From assembly GCA_030141605.1 (NCBI GenBank), contig JAQGDQ010001011.1, positions 42,945-70,648 on the forward strand: 27,704 bases of DNA. The letters are read 5' to 3'. The first letter of the stretch is position 1; each line of letters opens with the position of its first letter. The DNA is from Tubiluchus corallicola (lineage: Eukaryota; Animalia; Priapulida). A program made the position numbers and the translations under genes. The notes beneath the pieces were generated by a model. The model saw only the letters and a program-made list of their open reading frames with translations. It did no database searches and was not told the DNA's origin. Positions 1 through 12,300 of this stretch are shown here, in pieces.

Positions 1-590
1 TAAGCACGCTGAAATAACTGAAAGAGCTGAATAACTTTACTGTAACTGTACAACCACGTGTGTTTAACACAAAGCAACTTTAGACTCTTGTACTTGCTTC
101 ACTTCCAGTAATCAATTCCACATGTTGTTAATGTAAGGGCATGAGTTCACTTGTCTATACTCATTGGCCACACGTGTTGTTGCTAATTTTAGGGAGGGTG
201 CTCTCTTAGTAAGCGTGTACGACTTGCATTTATTTGCCTTGCAAATGACCTTTCTACAATATTTCCTATTTTCGGGTTAACTATGTGCCCAGTGATTAAC
301 CTGTAAAAAAGTTTAATTTCGAATTATCCCACGTAACCCAGTACTACGTTTATTTATAAATTCCCCTGTCTGTATAAATTCCCCTGTTAATAAGACCCCA
401 TTTGAAACTACTACATATAATAATCCTAATTACTGAATAATTGTATTGTTTTGTTTAGATTTAGGTATCTAACTTTATCATTTTTTGTTTTCAGTTCTTT
501 TTGGATAATTTGTATCATTTATACTGTTTTTATTATTATTTTTTTCTTATTTGTTTTTGTTTTTGTTATCTGCAGCATCACCGTTAATTT

Positions 591-769
591 TTAATATACT
601 AATCTATTTATAAGAAAGGGCAGGAGACTAGATGACCCTATGGTCCTTCCCTGCCCTACTCCATGATTATAATTACTTAATATACTAATCTATTTATAAG
701 AAAGGGCAGGAGACTAGATGACCCTATGGTCCTTCCCTGCCCTGCTCCACGATTATAATTACTTAATAT
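591..769 (+). repeat. 86-bp tandem duplication (2 copies) of a stem-loop, probably in an L2/CR1-group LINE 3' UTR remnant
   Basis: TTAATATACTAATC...AATTAC starts at 591 and again at 677. Each copy has an AGGGCAGG...CCTGCCCT stem (617-657). AATAAA follows at 805-810, then a short (TCTATG)n tail. Confidence 0.75.
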
Positions 770-883
770 TTAAAAAAACTTTTGATGTTAAACTAATTGG
801 AGAAAATAAATGTTCTATGTCTATGTTTATTATTATAACGTCCATTGGACGATTGTGATTTGCACAGCTAACAATACTTTAAT

Positions 884-940
884 AATACTTTGTTACTACA
901 CATAATACTTTCTTACTACACATAATACTTTTGTTACTAC
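884..940. repeat. ~21-bp minisatellite, about 3 copies (AATACTTTTGTTACTACACAT)
   Basis: Direct reading of three near-identical units. Confidence 0.75.
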
Positions 941-1952
941 ACTGTACAGTATCAGTAGGGGAGCTTTCGTGTGGCTTGTGCTTGCTGCTGTTTGCCTCCA
1001 AAGGTGTACTAATTAACTAGCAAAATAATGTTGCACTATTGTCACTGTTTGACATGTCTAGTATAACACGTTAAACTTAACGTATTGCTGCTTATATTTT
1101 ACTGCCATGATCAGATATTTGCAACTCTGTAACTCGGAATTAAAGAAACTTTGAGAATTTCAAAAGTGAACTTCAACTCCGTAGGCATAAGTCCTAGGAC
1201 GGTAAGACCCCAAGACCCTAAGGAGAGTAGTACAGCGTATGGCACAGTGCATTATAACATCTTGTAGTTTAATGAATCAAATAAGTGTATTAAATACAAA
1301 ATGTGAATCAGTCCTGCTCTTTAACATAAATTAAAGTTAATGTTAGAACTTCCAACTTTGCATTCTCACACAGAAAGTAACCATGCTACCTGCAAGCTAT
1401 TCTTTCAGCATTTTGTACTAACTCAGTACTACTTTCTTTGTTAAAGTGAAGCAACTAATACTAGTAGTTCATTTCTAATGGTAAAATGATATTATTACTT
1501 TTCATAAAAAGATTCACAAGTGCATAATTCAGATAGTGTACTTCGAAAATGCTATTACGAATCATCAACCATTAGATTACGTAATAAAGTATTAAATATT
1601 TATAATTACCTTCTTAAATAAACATGCGATTGCGAACAACGTTCTGAGAACACACCCAAAATACGCACAAATGTTTGATAATGTATACCGTCGTCTTTAG
1701 CGAAGTTTTATAGCTAGCAAACCATGCCAGATGTAACACAGTTGATGTAGATAGCATACCAAACCCTCGCTACTGCACACTGAGTCAAGATCAAGTAGTC
1801 AACTTAATGGAGGCGATGTTGAGACTATGGACACCACTGTAAAACACACTTACACCGAGTTTTGTGTGCACTTAAAGTAGCTAGACAATCAAAACCGGCT
1901 TTTCAACGTCACACCACCGTCCAGACCCCACAGGCAGTACAGCAGTCGGTAA

Positions 1953-2146
1953 TATAAACAGTGTAATCCACTCGGTACATAGGCTGACGCACACATACTG
2001 CCGAGAGCTTCTATTCTCTAGGCTGACCAAAACACTTGCGCGTAGATCAAGCGCATTTGTGCAGAGGGGGTGAGAGAAGCCGAGGTGAAAGCTTAGAGCC
2101 GTTCCGAGAGCATAGCACCGAGTTAATCGCTGGAGAACAAGTAAGT
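1953..2146 (+). promoter_or_regulatory. Candidate TATA box plus non-coding first exon (to 2140) and splice donor, probably the FARP 5' UTR exon
   Basis: TATAAA at 1953-1958, then a CpG-richer ATG-free segment ending in CAA|GTAAGT at 2141. The link to FARP is inference. Confidence 0.4.
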
Positions 2147-2178
2147 GTAGAAATTCGGAAGTAAAAATTCACTTTATT

Positions 2179-2965
<787 letters not shown>

Positions 2966-4433
2966 ACATCACTATAATTTAGTTGACTGGAAAGATAAAT
3001 CTAAATTTGCTTAAATTTCCCAAACTACTCCATCAATCTCAATAATACTGACGTGTAGGATAAAATGTATTGATGACAAGCTGAGAGTCATTACGTGACA
3101 TCAAGTCTGGCATCAGAATTCAAGCAAGAAATGAAATATATCCACGTAACGCTATAAATTGCAATACTAATTGCCACGACGGTACGTAATCTATCGTCTT
3201 TACACGTGTAGTGGGCAAATAACTATGATGAGAGCAGGGCTAAAAATCTTAATGCCAAAAAAATTACTTGAGAACAAAAAATATTAAAAGGATGATGTTG
3301 AACTTGGAGATTCTAGTGGCATATAATAATAATAATTTCTAACTTTGTCCCAAACGTTCCACTAGCACATATAGACTTGCGTTCGTTTTGCGAGGTGCAT
3401 CCAAATATTTAACCCGCATAAGAAATTAACTATCACATCAGGAACGTGTCCCCCATAGGCATGTTATAACATTCATGTGTGCACGTTACCATGACAACTG
3501 GACTTTTGTTGTGCATCACACTAACACCAAAAATTTACAAACCACAAACGTCTCTTATGCAATTTACAATACGTGAATCTGAGCTCTTCTACCTGCCTAG
3601 ATAAATTTTTTTATGATAATGCTAGATTCATACCTGTACAACATACAATGGTTGAAAGTCAGATTCAGGAAAAGACTGACTAATAACAATTATTATTACA
3701 TAATATCGTGACTTCCTAAATTGAGATGTATCCCTAAAAAACTCATTTCTGTCAAAGTGAGTCATTCACTGTAAGTTCACTAAGAACAACATTATAGGGT
3801 TCCCAGAGAATTTTAAAATAAATTTCCCTGATTTTTCCCTGACCTAATATTGATTTTCCATGACCAAGATAAGCAGAAATTGCATTACCAGTATACATAT
3901 TAAAGCTTAGTTAAAAATCACAATTAAAAATATTACTACAAGACAAATAAAATAAATATTTACACAAAGAAGAGAGGATTAGTAAGCTAAATACGTAAGA
4001 AAGGATTAGAACGTGTATATTCTAAAGTGCAAAAATATCCGAAGTTAAAATGACAGCAGTATTAAAAGTAAAACTGCATTTGACTTCATGGAAGAACAGA
4101 CTAGTAAGTACTATCTACGTTTGGAAGTACAGACCAGTAAATAGAATTTAATACCTGAACAATGCAGCCAAAATTTAAATGGTAAAGTGTTAAAAAATCG
4201 GATCATACGATCAATCTGCTGTTCCTTTGTTTTGTATTTTGCATTTTGGGTTTTGCCATAAGTGTGACAGTTACAGTAAATCCTAATGACTGGTTAATTT
4301 ACAGTTTACATTTTCTGCTGAACTCCTTTCTATTTCATTTCTTTTCTCTATCTTTGTCTATTATTTTATCTTAACTACTCCCTGTTTTTCTATAATTCTC
4401 TCTCTTGTAAATTAAGTCGTTTTTTTCACATTT

Positions 4434-4471
4434 CATGGTGGTCTTACAAGCTTTGCTTCTTGACCACCATG
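4434..4471 (+). other. Nested stem-loop, probable LINE 3' UTR remnant
   Basis: CATGGTGGTC (4434-4443) pairs perfectly with GACCACCATG (4462-4471), with an inner AAGC-TTT-GCTT hairpin in a T-rich context. Confidence 0.4.
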
Positions 4472-5489
4472 CAGCATCTATTTCTTGTTGAAAAATTATT
4501 ATGTAGTTTAGTAACTGTGTTAATATACTTCTGTTAAATTTTTGTAATTATATTTGGAATTTTTTCCCTAACAATATCATGCTATAGTATACTATTGTAG
4601 TTCTGTTACAATTATTCTAACTATTTTTCATTTTTCTAGTTATAGCGCATAATAGTTATAACGATTGTAATGCAAATTACAATGTAAGAATACATGGTGA
4701 AGTGATAGTAAATTACAATTACATATCTGTAAATTTAGGTTTCGTCAGTAAGACAATTGTTTGTTTTTGTTATTAGAAAGCTGAACTACACTGACTTCTG
4801 TAGAAACTTTAGCCTGTTACAATAATAACAGTACTGAGGAGTTCTTCCTTCAAGTTAAGAATGCATCCAATTGTATGTTAATTTTCTAGTACTGAGAGTT
4901 TCGTATCATGTTTAAAGATAACCGCACTTGCTTTCATGTCTTTTTTCCATGATTTACATTTATGCTCACTTTTGCTAACTGTAACAATACCATAGATATG
5001 TTTATGTAGATAAAAGATCTTGGTGATTGCTTAGGAGTGTTCTGCATTCTAGACTGTTGCTGCTCTGATCTTCTTTGTTTAAGTTCCTAATTAGTTTAAT
5101 AAATACTACTTTATTATGCACGCATTCGTCTGTTTGCTAATATTATTGTAGCATGTAACACTAGCTAGCAAACCTAACCTTTCTTAGGTGCCAATAATAA
5201 TAATTATTATTATTCTAAATGCAAAAACTAATTAAAGTTTGACTTTATTTGTCTCTCATTTTGTTTCCCTACTCGTTCTGTCCACTAGAAGCTAAAACTT
5301 TTGTGTCATAATTTAATCAGTCGTCTTAAATGAAGAAATAGGATAGCGTTACATTATTTAGTTAACACACTTCTGATAACATTTCTGATCCTATTAACTC
5401 ATGGTTCTTTTGCTACACTTTCAACACCAAATGCAATAATTGTTTTTTCACTTTTTGAATGTTGTATAAAATTATAAATTTTAGCCAAG

Positions 5490-5768
5490 GTTTACAACTC
5501 CCCCCCCCCCCCCCCACACACACACACATGAAATTATTTGGTGAAACAGATTAGAGTTGGGGTTAGTTTTAGGATTGGGGTTAGGGTTAGTTTTGGGATT
5601 AGAGCTGGGGTTAGTTTTGGGATTAGGGTTAAGGTTAGAGTTAGGGTTAGGGTTAGTCTTAGTCTTAGGATTAGGGTTAGTTTTAGGATTAGGGTTAGGG
5701 TTAATTTTAGTATTAGGGTTAGAGTTGGATTGCGGTTAGGATTAGGATATGTGTGGGGAATTGTAAAC
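5490..5768. mobile_element. Short non-autonomous element with inverted repeats enclosing poly-C, (CA)n and a degenerate TTAGGG array
   Basis: GTTTACAACTCCCC (5490-5503) and GGGGAATTGTAAAC (5755-5768) are 13/14 complementary. Confidence 0.55.
5550..5748 (+). repeat. Interstitial degenerate telomere-like hexamer array (TTAGGG and variants)
   Basis: About 33 in-phase hexamers: TTAGGG, TTAGGA, TTGGGG, TTAGTT, TTAGAG. Confidence 0.9.
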
Positions 5769-6062
5769 TCCGTCCAAATTTTTGGTTACTTGTCTTGTTA
5801 TTATAAAAATGGTTATAAATAAACTCACTCACTTTCGTCTATACAGTACTGTCACTTTACAGCACTAGTAAAAGCAACAGCGCGAAAGCCAATAGTTTTC
5901 GTAAACGTTCAATAGACATTTAAGGAAATAATGATGGCATAACAATACAGTAAATGTAAAATATTGTTAGCAACATTTAACTAGAATTACAAGTGTGTGT
6001 AATAAACCACTAGTGTTTCTGTGGCGTTCATGTAATGAGTCATAGTTGCATATAAATATCTT

Positions 6063-6083
6063 AGCAGCAGCAGCAGCAGCAGC
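6063..6083. repeat. (AGC)7 microsatellite
   Basis: Direct reading. Confidence 0.85.
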
Positions 6084-6240
6084 AACTTAACCTTTTAATC
6101 TTTTGAGAATCCAGTTCTAAGGGACGATAAACACAGGTGTGCTGCTATGTTGACTGTTCAGTGTTAAGCTGTTCAATGTCCAAGGACAGACTGTATACCG
6201 TATACCTTTGCATGTTTTCATCTCACATCACCGTATCTTT

Positions 6241-8215
6241 CATTATCACCCTTGCGTAGTAGACATTAGTGGTGAGTATTCTCACAAAGATAATGCATAT
6301 TACTTGACTTAATTCTGCAGTAAAACATCTCTCATTATCACCATTGCATAGTAGACGTTAGTGGTGAGTATTCTCACAAAGATAATGCATATTACTTGAC
6401 TTAATTCTGCAGTAAAACATCTCTCATTATCACCATTGCATAGTAGACATTAGTGGTGAGTATTCTCACAAAGATAATGCATATTACTTGACTTAATTCT
6501 GCAGTAAAAACATTTCTCATTATCACCCTTGCGTAGTAGACATTAGTGGTGAGTATTCTCACAAAGATAATGCATATTACTTGACTTAATTCTGCAGTAA
6601 AAACATCTCTCATTATCACCCTTGCGTAGTAGACGTTAGTGGTGAGTATTCTCGCAAAGATAATGCATATTACTTGACTTAATTCTGCAGTAAAAACATC
6701 TCTCATTATCACCCTTGCGTAGTAGACATTAGTGGTGAGTATTCTCACAAAGATAATGCATATTACTTGACTTAATTCTGCAGTAAAAACATCTCTCATT
6801 ATCACCCTTGCGTAGTAGACGTTAGTGGTGAGTATTCTCGCAAAGATAATGCATATTACTTGACTTAATTCTGCAGTAAAAACATCTCTCATTATCACCC
6901 TTGCGTAGTAGACGTTAGTGGTGAGTATTCTCGCAAAGATAATGCATATTACTTGACTTAATTCTGCAGTAAGAACATCTCTCATTATCACCCTTGCGTA
7001 GTAGACGTTAGTGGTGAGTATTCTCGCAAAGATAATGCATATTACTTGACTTAATTCTGCAGTAAAAACATCTCTCATTATCACCCTTGCGTAGTAGACG
7101 TTAGTGGTGAGTATTGTCACAAAGATAATGCATATTACTTGACTTAATTCTGCAGTAAAAACATTTCTCATTATCACCCTTGCGTAGTAGACATTAGTGG
7201 TGAGTATTCTCACAAAGATAATGCATATTACTTGACTTAATTCTGCAGTAAAAACATCTCTCATTATCACCCTTGCGTAGTAGACGTTAGTGGTGAGTAT
7301 TGTCACAAAGATAATGCATATTACTTGACTTAATTCTGCAGTAAAAACATCTCTCATTATCACCCTTGCGTAGTAGACGTTAGTGGTGAGTATTCTCGCA
7401 AAGATAATGCATATTACTTGACTTAATTCTGCAGTAAGAACATCTCTCATTATCACCCTTGCGTAGTAGACGTTAGTGGTGAGTATTCTCGCAAAGATAA
7501 TGCATATTACTTGACTTAATTCTGCAGTAAAAACATCTCTCATTATCACCCTTGCGTAGTAGACGTTAGTGGTGAGTATTGTCACAAAGATAATGCATAT
7601 TACTTGACTTAATTCTGCAGTAAAAACATCTCTCATTATCACCCTTGCGTAGTAGACATTAGTGGTGAGTATTCTCACAAAGATAATGCATATTACTTGA
7701 CTTAATTCTGCAGTAAAAACATCTCTCATTATCACCCTTGCGTAGTAGACGTTAGTGGTGAGTATTGTCACAAAGATAATGCATATTACTTGACTTAATT
7801 CTGCAGTAAAAACATCTCTCATTATCACCCTTGCGTAGTAGACGTTAGTGGTGAGTATTGTCACAAAGATAATGCATATTACTTGACTTAATTCTGCAGT
7901 AAAAACATCTCTCATTATCACCCTTGCGTAGTAGACATTAGTGGTGAGTATTCTCACAAAGATAATGCATATTACTTGACTTAATTCTGCAGTAAAAACA
8001 TTTCTCATTATCACCCTTGCGTAGTAGACATTAGTGGTGAGTATTCTCACAAAGATAATGCATATTACTTGACTTAATTCTGCAGTAAAAACATCTCTCA
8101 TTATCACCCTTGCGTAGTAGACGTTAGTGGTGAGTATTGTCACAAAGATAATGCATATTACTTGACTTAATTCTGCAGTAAAAACATCTCTCATTATCAC
8201 CATTGCGTAGTAGAC
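6241..8215. repeat. 93-bp minisatellite, 21 full units plus a partial unit
   Basis: CATTATCACC recurs at 6241, 6333, 6425, 6518 and then every 93 bp to 8192. The first two units are 92 bp. Confidence 0.97.
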
Positions 8216-8344
8216 CAGCAACTTTGCCATTTTTGTAAATCGCGTAAATTCATTGAGAAAATTTTTACGGACCCAGTACATTATTTCACAAACTGACCGC
8301 TAGTTGGCAGGCCGTCACTTTGTTTACATCACGTACATCAGTGT

Positions 8345-8622
8345 CGTCGTCGTCGTCGTCGGCTTTCACTCGTTTCCGAGTATTGTCCTTTCGGTCAAAG
8401 TTACTAGCTATGGTGGGCACGTTGGTGGCTTAACAGCCCGATCCTTGCTCGAAACATTCTGGTGCATTTGTCACATTGGATAGTGGGAGTTACCTGAGGT
8501 TGACGGGCCTTCTCTTTCCTTCGTTGACGTTTGGCTTCAATTGCTGCTCGTCTGGTTGTTTCAAAATGCTCAGTCCCTTCCTGGATGACTCTTCTCCACT
8601 TTGTTCGCTGCCGCGCTGTCTG
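8345..8622 (-). mobile_element. 5'-truncated RTE-clade LINE (C-terminal C2H2 zinc finger, 3' UTR, (GAC)n tail)
   Basis: Peptide RTKWRRVIQEG...CDKCTRMFRARIGLLSHQRAH* is a typical RTE ORF end. It is followed by a hairpin and (GAC)n. A 9-bp TSD CATCAGTGT lies at 8336-8344 and 8623-8631. Confidence 0.88.
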
Positions 8623-9363
8623 CATCAGTGTAACCACGTGTAAATCAACTGTGCGGAGTTATTTGAGTCAATTGCAGACAGTTTCTATATATTTTGCATA
8701 GGAGCGGCCAGTACTTAGGCGTTTTTGAGACAATTGGGTATCATGTATCCTTGATAGTTGGGTATTTTAAGTTATGCATGAAACAAGGTAACTGATATTT
8801 TAAGTCCACTTAGAGGCTCTCTATGGTCACAAAATTGCAATTTGTTGCTGGCTACGGCCTGCTTCAGAGTTTTTTGCAATTTGTCATTCTCATCCCTGAT
8901 TGTAGCACTTTAACGTTTATAAAATAAGTGTATTTGAACGAATTTTCTAATACGTATACATCAGTTTTCTTGTGCTGCTGCTGTAATATTACTTGTATGA
9001 GAAAATGATTATTTACAAATTCATGTTTTTTTTGCAGATGATTTGAAGTTCTACCGTTCGTCAAACAACGTTATATTGAGTCCCGGGAACTCGGACGGCT
9101 TCATTACTCCCCAGTACTTCAGCCGTGCTGTGCGCGTAAAACCAGAAAAGGAAGAACTTTCGTAACCGGAATATTTTAATGATTTCTTCAGTGCCTGATA
9201 ACAGATCTACTGATGTGCGTCGAGTTACATGAACACAGTGTGTAAAAGTTGATATAGTGTTATGAGCGATTAAAAATAGCAACGCAGATTGACCTGTCAA
9301 AAAAGTTCGTAATTTCACTGTGCTTGTGACAATGTAAGTCAACTTTTGGATAAATGGCAAAAT

Positions 9364-12300
9364 ATGGCTGCCCATACAAACAGTAACATGAATGCGGTTT
9401 CTCATGATGCAGCCCCAGCGCGCGTGGGGCTCGCAAGCGGTGCTAGTTTAACGCCAGTGTCAACGGATACCCCTCAGAAGGGAAGGTGCGTCTTAGTTAC
9501 CGTCATTTTGCTCGATGATACGGAAAGTGTGTTTAAAGTTCCGCAAAGAGCTCAAGGAATCATCTTGTTTCATCAAGTTTGTAAGAATCTAAACCTTCTC
9601 GAAACCGATTACTTTGGTTTGGAATACACCGACTTGAGAGGACATCGTATGTGGCTGGAATTCCAGAAGTCACTGTGGAAGCAGATTGGTGGAATTCCAA
9701 ATATCAAACTGAGTTTTGTTGTCAAGTTCTACATGCCCGACCCGGGACAGTTGGAGGAAGAATACACTCGTTATTTATTCGCATTGCAAATCAAACGGGA
9801 TCTCGTGTCCGGAGCGATGCCGTGTAACGACGCCACTGCTGCTCTTCTGTCGTCTTACATCGTGCAGGCAGAATGTGGTGATTTTGTAGACGAAGATTAC
9901 CCGGATCACAAGTATTTGTCCGTTTACAAATTCGTTCCACATCAGTGCGACGACATGGAGCGACTGATCATGGAGAATCACAAGAAGCATGTAGGATTAT
10001 CTCCAGCCGATGCTGATTACATGTTATTGGACGTTGCTCGCAAGGTGGAGATGTACGGCGTACGATTGCATACGGCTAAGGATCATGAGGGTGTGCCACT
10101 TATGCTCGCTGTAGCACACATGGGTGTTCATGTGTTTCAAAACGGTGCAAAAATTAACACTTTTTCCTGGGCTAAAGTACGCAAGCTAAGTTTTAAGCGG
10201 AAGCGTTTTCTGATCAAGCTCCATCCCGAGGGCTTTGGCTATTACAAGGACACCGTTGAATTCTACTTTACTGATAGAAATCACTGCAAAAACTTTTGGA
10301 AGAAATGCGTCGAGCATCACGGATTTTTCCGCTGTGCCACTGTGAAGAGTATCCCTCGTAAAAAGAGTACGCTGCTCAGCAAAGGTTCCCAGTTCCGCTA
10401 TAGTGGAAGGACTATGAAGGAAATGGTTGATGACGTGCGAGAAAGCCATGGCCGTCGTCAACCATTTCAGCGATCGCTAAGCGGACGACAAAGTCACACG
10501 CACAGCCTCGTACACATCGCTCCTTTGTCCACCTCTGTGCCTACTATAAACAGTACATTCAGTGAGCCGCGTATAAGAGCCGGTTCGGACACTAGTGGCT
10601 CTCATCAAGTTGGCCTAGATTCTGTTAATACGCCTCGCAGTGAGAAAATCGACTTTGCGCCCAGTGATAGCAGTCATGATGCAACACCCAGTGCTAGTCC
10701 TCCAGCGGTTCACGGGGTGTCACCTAAACGACACGCCGAAACCCCGCCTTCTCCTATACCCGAGTCGCCTGTCCCAGCACCATTACAGCACGATGAAAAT
10801 GAACACTTACAATCCGGGCAGCTCAAATCAGAATTACATTCCCAACCAGCAAACGGTGTACCTACATATCCTCCTCCCGGGCCAATTGTTAACAGCAGCG
10901 TGTCACAAAACCAGTACCACTTGGAGGGAAATCATATTCATGATGAAGCTCCAGAGGTTGCATCGCACTTAATCATGAAAGAACCGCCAGCCGTCCCTCT
11001 TAAGAGAAAAGCTTATCCACATGACAAGTCTTACTACATTTGCAAGGAACTTCTAATGACCGAGAGAACGTATAAATCCGACCTGGAGATCATCACAGTA
11101 CTTCTGCGCAAAGAGCTCGACGGACTAGAAGACTACGAGATATTTAAGAAGTTGATGACCTTAATTGATCCGATTTACGAAGTCCACTGTGTACTGCTGC
11201 GAGAGATAGAAGAGAGACTCGCACAGTGGGAAGCCAGGTTGACCGGTTCATTTAAGTCGGGACAGAATAGGATGTGTGACGTAATAGTGCACAACATCGA
11301 GGTATTAAATTGGTACATGCATTACCAAGACAACTTGTATCAGTTACTCACTGCTCTAGAGGAAACGTGTAAAAAGCGGAAACAGTTTGAAAAGTTCTGT
11401 CGAAGCTTCGAAATGAAAAAGGAATGCTATTTGCCGCTGAACTGCTTCTTGATGAAACCCATGCATCGACTTGTCGGCTACATGTTTCTCTTCGAGTCGC
11501 TTCTGTCGCATTATTCTCGAGATCACGTAGACAGAGCGGACTGTGAGCTAGCTTTGAAAAAAGTCCGTGCAGTTGTGCAAGATAATGAGGTAAATGCCAT
11601 CAAGTGCGAAAACTTTGTCAAGTTAGTGGAGATCCAGCGTGACCTTGGTGGCATTGACAGCATTGTAGACGTGAGACGCGAGTTTGTGCGTGAAGGTTGT
11701 CTCCAGAAACTCTCCAAGAAAGGCTACCAACAGCGCATGTTCTTTCTTTTCTCAGACATGCTTATCTATGCCAACCGAACCTCACTCCCAACGTTACAGT
11801 TCAAAGTTCACGGACAGTTGCCCACAAAGACTATGATTGTGGAAGAAACGCCAGAATCAAAAATGGCCGTTCCCCACTGCTTTGCGCTGTACAGTGGCAG
11901 TCGGACAATCAGCGTAGCTGCCGGTTGTGAGGAAGAAAAGTACAAGTGGATAGAAGACATCAATAGTGCTATACGAGCGGTCAAAGAGAGCGACCAACGA
12001 ACTTCTCTGAAAACGCCAAGCTTAAAGAATCAGGCTGGTTCGTTAGATGAAGGTGATGTAGAGGAGTCGGCAGAAGCGAGAGAGAAAAGTTTTCAGCATC
12101 GCGCTAACACTTCTATGCACGTCTGCTGGCACCGGAACACTAGCATCGGCTCTAATGACTACAATCATGCCCTTGTTAACCAACTCAGCGGATACCTTCT
12201 GAGAAAGTTCAAAAACTCTGATGGCTGGCAGAAGTTGTGGGTCGTGTTCACAAATTTCTGTTTGTTCTTCTATAAGACGCACCAAGATGAAGTGCCGCTC

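Noticed and set aside
3796-3870. TAGGGTTCCC...TTCCCTGA repeats resembling a DNA-transposon end
   Set aside because: No matching opposite end seen.
5538-5822. VR/LG-rich ORFs
   Set aside because: Artefacts of the TTAGGG-like hexamer array.
6241-8215. CRISPR-like regular array
   Set aside because: No unique spacers; whole units are repeated; eukaryotic context.
8404-8637. Stand-alone 77-aa zinc-finger gene
   Set aside because: It is the truncated end of an RTE LINE ORF bounded by a TSD, and the annotated start is not ATG.
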